This document shows positions 8,373 through 17,507 of a stretch of DNA of 64,000 nucleotides, piece after piece (within the stretch, counting starts at the first letter, position 1; each line of letters begins with the position of its first letter). The position numbers and the translations under genes were made by a program. The stretch is from contig CAWELN010000011.1 in NCBI GenBank assembly GCA_963809795.1, forward strand, positions 38,418 through 102,417. The letters are read 5' to 3'. This DNA is from an uncultured Actinomycetes bacterium (GTDB taxonomy: Bacteria; Actinomycetota; Acidimicrobiia; IMCC26256; DASPTH01). The notes beneath the pieces were generated by a model that worked only from the letters and a program-made list of their open reading frames with translations, was not told the DNA's origin and searched no databases.

Positions 8373-9030
8373 TCTCGCGGCTCTTGTGGATCGGTGTGAC
8401 GAGACGCGCGGACAGCTGCTCGCGCATCGGGAGCCGCTCGGTGTACGGGTCCCATGGGCTGTCCCGCAGCACCAGGGTGCCCTCGACCGTCTCCTCGAAC
8501 GCGGTGTCGCTGACGCTCGCCACCCGCACCACGTGCGGTGGGAAGTCGTAGCTCTTCTCCACACCGCCGACCGCGCGTGAGGACTTGATCCACCACTCGT
8601 TCTCGGCGTACTCGCCCGACGGGTCGTCGACGACGCCGGTGACGGTCCCGTGGAACTCGAGGAACGTGTAGCCGTGGTGGGTGCAGCGCGCCTCGACCGC
8701 GTCGTCGCGCCGGAAGTAGACGATCGAGCACGGGAACTTCGGCTGGCCGTTGATCTCCTGGCTGATGAAGATCGCCGATTCCTGGTCGATGCCCAGCCCG
8801 ATGCCGTAGTAGCCGGCCATGCCCTCGTAGTTCGCCTCCACCTTGGTGGACACGCCGTATTCCGGTTCGCCCTTCACCGGCACGTTGTAGATGTTCACGT
8901 GGACGTGCGGGTGGGCCCCGGGCTCGATGCCGGGCGGGAGCAGGTCGGCGATCTTGTCGGGGTCGGTCCGGTAGACGAGCTTGAGCAGCGGCCAGCCGGC
9001 GATCTCACCGGGCGTGATGCTTGGGGTCAT
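8272..9030 (-). CDS. acetoacetate decarboxylase (ADC) family protein
   Basis: Start ATG 9030 (MTPSITPGEIAGWPLLKLVYRTDPDKIADLLPPGIEP). N-terminal pattern and ~250 aa length are typical of the ADC family. Confidence 0.7.
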   Translation of the reverse strand: MTPSITPGEIAGWPLLKLVYRTDPDKIADLLPPGIEPGAHPHVHVNIYNVPVKGEPEYGVSTKVEANYEGMAGYYGIGLGIDQESAIFISQEINGQPKFPCSIVYFRRDDAVEARCTHHGYTFLEFHGTVTGVVDDPSGEYAENEWWIKSSRAVGGVEKSYDFPPHVVRVASVSDTAFEETVEGTLVLRDSPWDPYTERLPMREQLSARLVTPIHKSREITLAGALDPIAFWPYADTIGGSRWPGDRGGPRS

Positions 9031-9080
9031 GGTCGTTACGATCGCACCCGGCCCCGGACCGCGCAACCGAAGGAGACGAC

Positions 9081-9536
9081 GTGAGCGACATCGGGATCAA
9101 GGACGTGTCGCACGTGTCGATCGGCGTGTCCGACATGGAACGCTCCATCGCGTTCTACCACGACGTGTTCGGCTGGGAGCAGCTCTTCGACGAGCGTATG
9201 GAGGGCGCGGCGTTCGAGCGCCTCACCGGGGTCACGGGCGCCGCCGGTCAGGCGTGCGGTGGGCGCATCGGCAGCCTGCGCGTCGAGCTGATGCACTTCA
9301 ACTTCATCCCCGAGGTGCCGTCGACGCCCGGTCTCGGCCTCCGCGTGCTCTCGATGGAGGTCGACGACGCGCACGCCGCGCACGCCGAGCTGGTGCGCCG
9401 CGGCGTCCCGGTGTCGGGGCCGCCGGTCGAGGTGTTCGGTGTGCACATGTTCTTCGTGCTCGATCCCGACGGCCAGGGCATCGAGATGTGCGAATACGTC
9501 GCCGGTGGTCCGGCGTGGGGAGGGGCGTACCGATGA
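9081..9536 (+). CDS. VOC (glyoxalase/bleomycin resistance/dioxygenase) family protein
   Basis: GTG 9081 after AGGAGA. IKDVSHVSIGVSDMERSIAFYHDVFGW and a C-terminal FFVLDPDGQGIEM beta-alpha-beta module. Confidence 0.75.
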   Translation: MSDIGIKDVSHVSIGVSDMERSIAFYHDVFGWEQLFDERMEGAAFERLTGVTGAAGQACGGRIGSLRVELMHFNFIPEVPSTPGLGLRVLSMEVDDAHAAHAELVRRGVPVSGPPVEVFGVHMFFVLDPDGQGIEMCEYVAGGPAWGGAYR

Positions 9537-10267
9537 CCGAGGTGGCCGAGTCGTCCCGGTTCGTCGACAACGACGGTGTCCGCATCCACGTGCTCGACAA
9601 CGGCCGGGTGGACGCGCCCCTGCCACCGGTGCTCGTCGTCCCCGGGATGGGGGAGTACGCCGACGAGTACTCCTGGCTGCTCGACTCGCTCGGCGAGCGC
9701 CGGGTCGTGGTCGTCGACGTGCGCGGCCGCGGTCGCAGCGACGTCCCCGACACCGGCTACCGGTGGGAGGACCACATCGGCGACCTGCATGCCGTGGTCG
9801 AAGCCACCGGACTCGACCGCCCCGTCGTCGTCGCGTTCTCACGCGGGTCGTCGTACGCGCTCGGGTACGCGCTCGAGCACCCGACCGGGCTGAGGGGTCT
9901 CGTCGTCGGCGACTACTTCGCCCGGCACGTCGGCCTGCCGGCGGAGTTCGCCGACCAGCAGCTCCGATCGAAGGTGCGCGGCGTCCCGATCTCCGAACGC
10001 ATGCCGGAGCACGCGGTGCGCCAGGTCTTCGCCGAGAGCCGGGAGGTGCCGCTGTGGGGCCGGCTGACCGAGATCCGGTGCCCGGTCCTCGTGATCCGTG
10101 GCGGCCGCAAGGGCGCGATCGTCGGCGACGAGATGGCGGCGCAGTGGCAGGCGGCGCTGCCGTCGGTCGAGCTGGCGATGATCGACGGCGCCGGCCACGA
10201 CCTCTGGAGCCGCGACGTCGACGCCTACCTCGCGGTGCTCTTGCCCTTCGTGGCGAAGTGCTCCTGA
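9533..10267 (+). CDS. alpha/beta hydrolase
   Basis: ATG overlaps the previous stop (ATGA, 9533-9536). PPVLVVPGMGE, nucleophile elbow AFSRGSSY, and C-terminal DGAGHDLW. Confidence 0.8.
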   Translation: MTEVAESSRFVDNDGVRIHVLDNGRVDAPLPPVLVVPGMGEYADEYSWLLDSLGERRVVVVDVRGRGRSDVPDTGYRWEDHIGDLHAVVEATGLDRPVVVAFSRGSSYALGYALEHPTGLRGLVVGDYFARHVGLPAEFADQQLRSKVRGVPISERMPEHAVRQVFAESREVPLWGRLTEIRCPVLVIRGGRKGAIVGDEMAAQWQAALPSVELAMIDGAGHDLWSRDVDAYLAVLLPFVAKCS

Positions 10268-10289
10268 CGCTCCGGCTTCGCGTGTCGGA

Positions 10290-10994
10290 CTACGGCGGCG
10301 TGGCGCGGAACCTGACGCAGCAGTAGCCGTCCTCCGGCTCCAGCGCGGCGTGCAGCCCGGTGCCGTCGACCTCGCCCAGCAACCCGTCGAGGAAGCTCAG
10401 ATTCATCCCGCAGACGAGGTCAGTGTGCGCGAGCGCGAGATGGTGGAACGGGCAATTGTCGAGCACCACCACGCCGTCGTCACGGCGTTCGGGTTCGAAG
10501 CCGAGCGCCGCGAGCTCGTCGAGGAAGCAGGTGCGCCGGGTCCGGGTGCTCGACCGGGCGTCGAGGCGGGGAGCCACGGTGGCGCCGATGGTCGAGGCTT
10601 CGTCGCGCGCGGCCCGGTCGATCGCGGTCGCGATCGGCGTGGCGCCGGATCGGGCCCGCTCGGCCGCGTCGGCGAGGATCCGGGCCGCCAGCTCGTAGGC
10701 GCGGGGCGGCAGGTTCACGCTGATCTCGGCGGAGGTCCGTCGATAGACCTTGGCCGGCCGGCCGGCTCCGGGACCGCGGCGATCGTTGAGCCGCCGGTGC
10801 TCGGACTCGAGCAGCCCCTCGTCCTCGAGGCGGTCGAGATGGTGGGCCGTCACCCCCCGGCCCAGGTCCAGCGCCGCCGCCGCTTGTTCGCGACTGACCC
10901 ACGTCCGCTGCGCGACGACGTAGTCGTAGAGCGCCCGGCGATGGGGCTCCGCCAACGCCCCGACCGCGTCGAGGTCGTGCCCGGGTTCGGTCAT
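10290..10994 (-). CDS. winged-helix (ArsR/TrmB-like) transcriptional regulator with a Cys/His-containing C-terminal domain
   Basis: Start ATG 10994. HRRALYDYVV...VSREQAAAALDLGRGVTAHHLDRLEDEGLL...GRPAKVYRRT is the wHTH part. C-terminal DNCPFHHLALAHTDLVCGMN is a possible sensing site. Confidence 0.75.
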   Translation of the reverse strand: MTEPGHDLDAVGALAEPHRRALYDYVVAQRTWVSREQAAAALDLGRGVTAHHLDRLEDEGLLESEHRRLNDRRGPGAGRPAKVYRRTSAEISVNLPPRAYELAARILADAAERARSGATPIATAIDRAARDEASTIGATVAPRLDARSSTRTRRTCFLDELAALGFEPERRDDGVVVLDNCPFHHLALAHTDLVCGMNLSFLDGLLGEVDGTGLHAALEPEDGYCCVRFRATPP

Positions 10995-11000
10995 TCCGAC

Positions 11001-11072
11001 ATTGTATCGACAATCAAAGCTTGACTTAGAGACGCCGGCCGACGAGAGTAACGACAAGCTCCATTGTCGATA
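11001..11072. promoter_or_regulatory. candidate operator pair: ATTGTATCGACAAT (11001-11014) and ATTGTCGATA (11063-11072), with a TTGACT -35-like box at 11021-11026
   Basis: The 10-mer TATCGACAAT occurs again as its exact reverse complement 49 nt downstream. Both sites lie in the AT-richer divergent region between the regulator (start 10994) and the DUF2231-folE operon (start 11121). Confidence 0.45.
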
Positions 11073-11120
11073 GAGACGGGTCGCCCTCCGGGCGGTGCGA
11101 TCAGCGATCAGGAGGCGCAG

Positions 11121-11687
11121 ATGCGCAGGTTCTCGTTGCGTCCGACGTTCGCGCTCAGCGGGCGGCAGTTCAAGGGCCTGCGCGGCTGGTCGGGCAAGCC
11201 GGCTCACCCGCCGCTGACCGACTTCCCGATCGCCGCCTACCTCTTCGCGGCGGTCTTCGATCTCATCGCGACCTTCGGCCGCCACGAGTCGTGGGCACGC
11301 GACTTCTTCCACGCCGGAACCTTCGTGTTCGTCGGTGGAGCGGCCGTCTCGCTGCTCACTGCGCTGACCGGGTTCTGGGACTGGCTCCGTTCGACCGAGA
11401 AGGGGACGCAGGCACGCCGAACCGCGAACGCCCACGCCTGGGCGATGATCCTCGTCACCGTCCTCGCGTTGACGGACATCGCGCTCCGGATCGATGCGTA
11501 CGACGCCCGGAACCATCCGACCCCGGCGATCCTGATCCTCTCGTTGGTGGTGGCGCTGCTCGTCTCGTTCGGCGCCGCGCTCGGCGGCACGCTGGTGTTC
11601 GACTACGGCTTCAACGTCGAGACGGCCGGGGACAGCCCGGTGTGGCACCCATCCGAGACCGACATCCTGCCGGGAGACGACGCGTGA
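11121..11687 (+). CDS. DUF2231-like integral membrane protein
   Basis: ATG 11121 after AGGAGG. Four hydrophobic helices (FPIAAYLFAAVFDLIA, FVFVGGAAVSLLTALTGFWDW, AWAMILVTVLALTDI, ILILSLVVALLVSFGAALGGTLVF). Pattern resembles DUF2231. Confidence 0.65.
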   Translation: MRRFSLRPTFALSGRQFKGLRGWSGKPAHPPLTDFPIAAYLFAAVFDLIATFGRHESWARDFFHAGTFVFVGGAAVSLLTALTGFWDWLRSTEKGTQARRTANAHAWAMILVTVLALTDIALRIDAYDARNHPTPAILILSLVVALLVSFGAALGGTLVFDYGFNVETAGDSPVWHPSETDILPGDDA

Positions 11688-12286
11688 CCATCGCGCCCCT
11701 GCACGTCGTGCCGGACGGCGGCGCGGTCGATCTCGACGCCGCGACGACCGCGGTGCACGACCTCCTCGTCGCCCTGGGCCAGGAGGCGGACTCCGACGAG
11801 CTCGCGGAGACCCCGCGTCGAGTGGCGACGGCGCTGGCCGAGCTGCTGACGCCCCGGGCATTCACGATGACGACGTTCAGCAACGACGGAAGCTACGACG
11901 AGATGGTCGTGGTCCGGGACATCGCGTTCCATTCTCTCTGCGCGCACCACATGCTGCCGTTCCTGGGGGTCGCGCACGTCGCGTACCTGCCCGGGACTCG
12001 CGTGGTCGGACTCTCCAAGCTGGCGCGCCTCGTCGAGCACTGCTCGCGGGGCCTTCAGACCCAGGAGCGACTCACGACCGAGGTCGCGGACGCGCTCGAC
12101 GAACACCTCGCGCCGCGAGGCGTCGGCGTCGCGATCGAAGCGACGCACCTCTGCATGAGCATCCGTGGGGTCGAAGCTCCCGGCGCGACGACCGTGACCA
12201 CCGCGGTGCGGGGCGCGGTCCGCGACGATCCGTCGACGCGAGCCGAGTTCACCCGCCTGACGACCGCACGCCCTCGCGGCGCGTGA
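11684..12286 (+). CDS. folE: GTP cyclohydrolase I (FolE type IA)
   Basis: GTG overlaps the previous stop (GTGA, 11684-11687). ETPRRVA, FHSLCAHHMLPF, GLSKLARLV, QERLT and ATHLCMSIRGV are FolE signature segments, including the Zn Cys/His residues. Confidence 0.88.
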   Translation: MTIAPLHVVPDGGAVDLDAATTAVHDLLVALGQEADSDELAETPRRVATALAELLTPRAFTMTTFSNDGSYDEMVVVRDIAFHSLCAHHMLPFLGVAHVAYLPGTRVVGLSKLARLVEHCSRGLQTQERLTTEVADALDEHLAPRGVGVAIEATHLCMSIRGVEAPGATTVTTAVRGAVRDDPSTRAEFTRLTTARPRGA

Positions 12287-12298
12287 CCCGGCCGAGCG

Positions 12299-13489
12299 TC
12301 AACGGGGCGTGAACACCAACGGCAGCGGGTCGACGGTGCGGATGGCGACGTTGTTGTACCCCGGTGTGCGATCAGGATCGAGCGCGTAGTCGGGGATGCG
12401 CTCGTGGAGCGCGCCGAGGATCACGGACAGCTCCATGCGCGCCAGGTGCGAGCCCAGGCAGCGGTGGAAGCCGCTGGCGAACGCGATGTGCCGCTTGGCC
12501 TCGCGGTCGAAGTCGACCGCGAGGGGCTGGTCGAAGCCGGCCGGGTCGAGGTTCGCCGCGGCCCAGCACACGCTGATCTCGTCGCCCGCGTGCACGTGCT
12601 CGCCGCCGATCACGAAGTCGGCGGTGGCGTAGCGCCCACCGGCGACGACCGGCGTCTCGAAGCGCATCAGCTCCTCGATGGCGGCCGGGAGGACGGCGGG
12701 ATCGTCGAGGATCCGCCGGCGCTGGTCGGGGTGCCGGGCCAGCCAGTCGACGATGCACGACAACGACGCGGCCACGGTGTCGAGCCCGGCGAGCACGAGC
12801 AGGAAGGTGATGTCGATCACGTCTTCGCGGGTGAGCGTCGCGCCGTCGACCTCGGCGGTGATGAACCCGCCGATGAGGTCGTCGCCGGGGTCGCCGCTCG
12901 CCTCGCGCCGGTCGAGCTCGGCGTACAGGTACTCGATCATCTTCGTGTTGGCGGCGACCCGGTGGTCGTCGTCGGTCGGCCGGATGATCCCGTTCTTGAA
13001 CCAGATGAGGAAGTCGAGGTCGCTGAGGGGCAGCCCGAGCAGCGTGAGGAACACCATCGACGGCAGCGGCTCGCAGAACGAGTTGTAGAGCTCGACCCGG
13101 CCGTCGCCGATGAACCCGTCGATGAGCTCGTCGGCGAGCGCATGCACCCGCGTCGCGAGCTGCGCCACGACCTTGGGCGCGAACAACGGGTCCAGCAGCT
13201 TGCGGTACTTCGTGTGCGCGTCACCGTCGAGCATGAGGGGGATGAGCGGCCGGCCGGCGCCCATGAACGCACCCGCGAGCTCGATCAGCTCCGGGTTCAT
13301 CGAGTGCACGTCGCGGCGCTTGGTGACCTCGAGCACATCGTCGAGCCGGAAGATCGTGACGTGACCCTCCTCGTCGCGACGCACGCGCGGGCCGCCGGTC
13401 ACCAGGTCGAGCAGCGCGGGCTGGATGTCGGGGACACCGTTCTGGAACACCTCGGGGAAGAAGGTCCCCGGGCCGTACTCGTCAGCCAT
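12299..13489 (-). CDS. cytochrome P450
   Basis: 396 aa. I-helix LVLAGLDTVA, EELMRFETP (ExxR), and heme loop FASGFHRCLGSHLA. Confidence 0.92.
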   Translation of the reverse strand: MADEYGPGTFFPEVFQNGVPDIQPALLDLVTGGPRVRRDEEGHVTIFRLDDVLEVTKRRDVHSMNPELIELAGAFMGAGRPLIPLMLDGDAHTKYRKLLDPLFAPKVVAQLATRVHALADELIDGFIGDGRVELYNSFCEPLPSMVFLTLLGLPLSDLDFLIWFKNGIIRPTDDDHRVAANTKMIEYLYAELDRREASGDPGDDLIGGFITAEVDGATLTREDVIDITFLLVLAGLDTVAASLSCIVDWLARHPDQRRRILDDPAVLPAAIEELMRFETPVVAGGRYATADFVIGGEHVHAGDEISVCWAAANLDPAGFDQPLAVDFDREAKRHIAFASGFHRCLGSHLARMELSVILGALHERIPDYALDPDRTPGYNNVAIRTVDPLPLVFTPR

Positions 13490-13641
13490 GTTTCGATCCT
13501 CAGGAGGTCAGCGGCGCGGGCAACGTCCCACGCATCGCAGGCACGAGCGCAGCGTAACCGCCCGGTCGGACGTCTCGACCCCGGTCGGAAGTTGCGCCGC
13601 GGCGGAGTCGCGGGACACTCCACCTGTGTAGGGTCGGCCGC

Positions 13642-14178
13642 GTGGCCCTGGAGTTCCTCACCGCGCACGAGTACGACGTCGTGCGGCAGCTCGCCGACCG
13701 GCTGCTGCCGCCGCAGGGTGAGTTCCCCGGCGCGGGCGCGACCGGCGCCGCCGACTACGTCGATCGCCTCCTCGGCGCGTTCAACGTCGACCCGCCGCGC
13801 ATCTGGGCCGGTGGTCCCTACTCGGGTCGTTACGGCGGGGAGCCCGGATTCGAGCGGTTCCTGCCGCTGTCGCGGATCGAGGAGCTCGCGTGGCGCACGC
13901 GCATCGAGGGTTCGTGTGGCATGCCGGAGCGCGAGTGGAACGGTCCGGTGCGCGGCTGGCAGGAGATCTACCGCGACGGCATCGCCGCCCTCGGTGACGA
14001 TCTCGACCTCGACCCGCAACCGGAGCTGAAGCAGCTGCTGTTCGAGCACGCGTGCGAGGCGACGTACGGGCCGCCCGAGTACGGCGGGAACCGCGGGCTC
14101 GCCGGGTGGCGGGCGATCGGGTACGAGGGCGACGTGCAACCGCGCGGCTGGAGCGACGCGGAGGTCACCGGTGCCTGA
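13642..14178 (+). CDS. gluconate 2-dehydrogenase subunit 3 family small subunit (partner of the GMC flavoprotein)
   Basis: GTG 13642. LTAHEYDVVRQLADRLLP... and C-terminal YGPPEYGGNRGLAGW are typical of this family. No Tat signal visible. Overlaps the next gene by 8 nt. Confidence 0.7.
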   Translation: MALEFLTAHEYDVVRQLADRLLPPQGEFPGAGATGAADYVDRLLGAFNVDPPRIWAGGPYSGRYGGEPGFERFLPLSRIEELAWRTRIEGSCGMPEREWNGPVRGWQEIYRDGIAALGDDLDLDPQPELKQLLFEHACEATYGPPEYGGNRGLAGWRAIGYEGDVQPRGWSDAEVTGA

Positions 14179-15835
14179 GTTCGACGTCGTCGTGGTCGGT
14201 TCCGGGCCGGGAGGTGCCACCGCGGCCGACGTGCTCACCGCCGCCGGGAAGTCGGTCTGCGTCCTCGAGAAGGGCCGCAACCACCTCCTCGCGCTGGTGC
14301 CGCCCTTCGACGGGCTCGGCCACCTGTCGAACGACGAGGTCAAATTCGCCCGGCGCCACTTCCTCGGTCCCGACCCGCTGCTCGAGCCGCGCACCTACCG
14401 GCGCTCGACGGCCGACGGCGAGCGGCTCGCCACCCGCGATCTCAACAACATGCCCTCGACGGTCGGCGGCGCCGGTTTCCACGCCGACGGGAAGCTGCCG
14501 CGCTACCGCGAGGTCGACTTCCGCCTCGCGTCGGAGCTGGGGCCGGTCGAGGGTGCCGAGGTCGCCGACTGGCCGCTCGACTACGACGAGCTCGAGCCGT
14601 TCTACGCGGAGGCCGAACGCGCGATCGGCGTGGCCGGCGACCACACCGGCAACCCGTTCGCCGCGTGGCGCAGCGGTCCGTATCCGATGCCACCGGGCGC
14701 CGACATGTACCTCACGACCCTGACCGCGCCCGCGGCCGCGACGCTCGGATACCACCCGTACCGCGCGCCGACCGGCGCCAACAGCGTGCCCTACGACGGT
14801 CGGCCCGCGTGCAACAACTGCGGGTTCTGCGCCTTCTACGGTTGCCCGATCGACGCCAAGGGCGACCCGGTCGCCATGCTGCGCCGCTCGCTCGGGCGCG
14901 GGCGCTGTGAGCTGCGCCCCGAGAGCATCGCGCTCGAGATCCTGCTCGACCGCGGCGGCGCGCGCAGCACCGGGGTGCGCTACCTCGACGGCGACGGGGT
15001 GGAGCACACGGTGTCGGCGGACGCGGTGGTGGTCGCGTGCGGCGCGTTCGAAACCCCGCGCCTCCTGCTGCGCAGCGGCATCGGGAACTCGTCGGACCTG
15101 GTCGGTCGCTTCCTCATGTTCCACCTGCAGACGATCGTGCTCGGGTTCTTCCCGTTCCGGCTCCACGCCCACAAGGGCCGCGACGTCACGCACCTCATGG
15201 ACGACCCGATCGTCGGCGACGCCGAGAGCGCCGCCGCCGCACGCGCCGCGGGGGTGCCCTACCTGCGCGGCGGCATCGTCGAGCACGGTGGCAACGGCCA
15301 CCCGATCTTGGAGGCGCTCTTCCTCCCACCCGGCCCCGACCACACCGCGCTCATGCTCGACTCGACCACCCGCGACAAGATGGTCGCCTTCACGATGCAG
15401 GGCGAGGATCTGCCCCAGTTCACGAACCGCGTTGATCTCGACGGCGGCGTGCGCGACGTGTGGGGACTCCCGGCGGGCCGGGTGACGTACGCACCCCACG
15501 CGCACGAGGTCGCGTGCGCGCACCACTGGGGGCCGCGGCTCGAGGCCGTGTTGCGAGCGGCGGGCGCGCAGGGCACGTCGTGGGTCACGTCGCCCGGCAC
15601 GCCCGGCACCATCGCGCCCGACATCGAGCCGATGTCGAAGCACTGGATGGGAACCGCGCGCATGGGCACCGATCCCGGGACGTCGGTGTGCGACCCGTGG
15701 CAACGACTGTGGGACGTCGACAACGTCGTCGTCACCGACTCCTCGGTGTTCCCGACGTCGACGGGCTACGGCCCCACCCTCACCCTGGTCGCGCTCGCGC
15801 TACGCGCGGCGGGCGCGCTGGCGGCCTCGTTGTGA
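14171..15835 (+). CDS. GMC family FAD-dependent oxidoreductase
   Basis: FDVVVVGSGPGGATAA FAD fold. 554 aa with C-terminal GTARMG...VVDSSVFPTS, typical of GMC oxidoreductases. Confidence 0.9.
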   Translation: MPEFDVVVVGSGPGGATAADVLTAAGKSVCVLEKGRNHLLALVPPFDGLGHLSNDEVKFARRHFLGPDPLLEPRTYRRSTADGERLATRDLNNMPSTVGGAGFHADGKLPRYREVDFRLASELGPVEGAEVADWPLDYDELEPFYAEAERAIGVAGDHTGNPFAAWRSGPYPMPPGADMYLTTLTAPAAATLGYHPYRAPTGANSVPYDGRPACNNCGFCAFYGCPIDAKGDPVAMLRRSLGRGRCELRPESIALEILLDRGGARSTGVRYLDGDGVEHTVSADAVVVACGAFETPRLLLRSGIGNSSDLVGRFLMFHLQTIVLGFFPFRLHAHKGRDVTHLMDDPIVGDAESAAAARAAGVPYLRGGIVEHGGNGHPILEALFLPPGPDHTALMLDSTTRDKMVAFTMQGEDLPQFTNRVDLDGGVRDVWGLPAGRVTYAPHAHEVACAHHWGPRLEAVLRAAGAQGTSWVTSPGTPGTIAPDIEPMSKHWMGTARMGTDPGTSVCDPWQRLWDVDNVVVTDSSVFPTSTGYGPTLTLVALALRAAGALAASL

Positions 15836-16392
15836 GCGAGCCGTTCGCCGACGTGGACACGCTGTTCGACGCGTTGCGGGCGTCGCGCGACGCCGACGAC
15901 GAAGGTGGTCTCTCGATCCTCGAGCACTGCCTGCAGTGCGCCGAGCTCTTGCGCATCTCGCGCGCCGGCGACGACGCGCTGCAGGTCGCGGGGCTCGTGC
16001 ACGACCTCGGTTGGCTCGAGCGATCGGGCGATGGGTGGACACTGCGGCTCGACGCCGCACACGACGTCGACGGTCGCGCGCTCGTGGAGCCCCTGCTCGG
16101 CGACCGCGTGGCGAGCCTGGTCGGCGGGCACGTCGCCGCCAAGCGGTACCTCCTCACCACGGACCCTGACTACGCCACGCTCCTGTCGCACCGGAGCGAG
16201 GTGACGCTGGGCTTCCAGGGCGGCCTCATGGACGCGGCCGAGGTGGCGGCGTTCGAGCGCCGCTCCGACCGCGCCGACCTGGTCGCGCTCCGCCGGGCCG
16301 ATGACGCGGCGAAGGTCCGGGGCAAGGACGTCGACCCGCTCGAGTCGTGGCTCCCCGTCGTCACCAGCATGTGTCGAACGAGGAGCACATGA
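15832..16392 (+). CDS. HD-domain protein with PhnZ/TmpB/MIOX-like six-ligand pattern (putative mixed-valent diiron oxygenase)
   Basis: GTG shares GTGA with the GMC stop (15832-15835). Candidate ligands, counted from the GTG: H32 (LEHCLQC), H57-D58 (GLVHDLG), H77 (AAHDVDG), H100 (GGHVAAKRYL), D157/D158 (RRADDAAK). QGGLM segment is present. About 186 aa, as for PhnZ-type proteins. Confidence 0.65.
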   Translation: MSEPFADVDTLFDALRASRDADDEGGLSILEHCLQCAELLRISRAGDDALQVAGLVHDLGWLERSGDGWTLRLDAAHDVDGRALVEPLLGDRVASLVGGHVAAKRYLLTTDPDYATLLSHRSEVTLGFQGGLMDAAEVAAFERRSDRADLVALRRADDAAKVRGKDVDPLESWLPVVTSMCRTRST

Positions 16393-16427
16393 CGCACGCA
16401 TTCGCGGCGCGCTCGCCCGGGTAGGGG

Positions 16428-17507
16428 TCAGAGCAGCGAACGACCGGTCGCGCCCGGGAGCTCGAGATCGAGGAGGGCGGCGACGGTCGGGGCCCAGTCG
16501 GCGGCCGTGATCCGACGGTCGCCGAGCGCGTCGACCAGCCGTCCCACGGCGGGGTGGCCGCCGGTGACCACCGCCACCTGGCTGCGGGTGCGGGGGCCGC
16601 CGTGGGTGCCGAGCTCGATGCCCATCTCCTCGAACCCGAAGGCGCGCCCCGCGACCGACCACGCCAGGCAGCACTCGAGACTCGGGTCGGCGACCGGGAA
16701 CGGTGCGGTGCCCTCGATACCGTCGACCTCGGAGAGCCACGCACGCGCGTCGTGCGCACCGGCGCCGCAGACGACGGTGGCGTTGCCTTCGGGGAGCGCG
16801 AACAGATCGACGCCCCGCCGGGCGAACACCGGACGCAGGTCGATGGGCGGCCGGTCGTCGAGCCCCTCCTGGTCGTGGTCGGACACGACGATCCACACGG
16901 TGTCGGCCCAGTCGAGGTGGTCGCGCGCCGCGACCAGCAGCGCGTCGGTCTCGCGGTACACGGCCAGCGCCGCCTCGCTGTCGGGACCGTGCACGTGGGC
17001 CGCGGTGTCCGGCGCGTTCAGCTGGCTGATCACCAGATCGGGACCGGCGTCGAGCGCGGCGACCAGCTCTACGATCGTGTCGCGGTCGTCGATGTAGTCG
17101 TGCGCGTCGCGTCGAGCGCTCGCCGGCGGAACACCGTCGGGCGGCCAGTGGGTGTCGGCGGTGACGGCCCCGGTGACACCCACCAGGCACTGGTCGCCGA
17201 ACACGGCCGCGGAGGACCGCCCCGCGGCACCGCACGCGTCGAAGAGCGTGGGCACGGCCGGTCCGAGCTCCCATGCCGGCACCACCGATCCCGTGACCGG
17301 CACCCAGTTCGTGACGATGCCGTGATCGCGTGGCGGCGCGCCGGTCACGAAGGTGGCGTGGTTGGGATACGTGGCCGAGGTCATGACCGAGCGGGCCCGG
17401 ACGGGCGCACCGCCCACCGCCCGCGCCAGCTCCGCCAGGACCGGGGTGTGCTCCTCGCCGACGTGGCGAAACGGGAGCGCGTCGAGGACGGTCATGACGA
17501 CCTTCAT
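16428..17507 (-). CDS. alkaline-phosphatase-superfamily type I phosphodiesterase/nucleotide pyrophosphatase (NPP)-like enzyme
   Basis: NPP metal/nucleophile motifs are all present: VLDALP, SATYPNHATFVTGAPPRDHGIVTN (Thr nucleophile), APDTAAHVHGPDS, VVSDHDQ, GTHGG. Start ATG overlaps the PhyH stop (ATGA, 17504-17507). Confidence 0.8.
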   Translation of the reverse strand: MKVVMTVLDALPFRHVGEEHTPVLAELARAVGGAPVRARSVMTSATYPNHATFVTGAPPRDHGIVTNWVPVTGSVVPAWELGPAVPTLFDACGAAGRSSAAVFGDQCLVGVTGAVTADTHWPPDGVPPASARRDAHDYIDDRDTIVELVAALDAGPDLVISQLNAPDTAAHVHGPDSEAALAVYRETDALLVAARDHLDWADTVWIVVSDHDQEGLDDRPPIDLRPVFARRGVDLFALPEGNATVVCGAGAHDARAWLSEVDGIEGTAPFPVADPSLECCLAWSVAGRAFGFEEMGIELGTHGGPRTRSQVAVVTGGHPAVGRLVDALGDRRITAADWAPTVAALLDLELPGATGRSLL

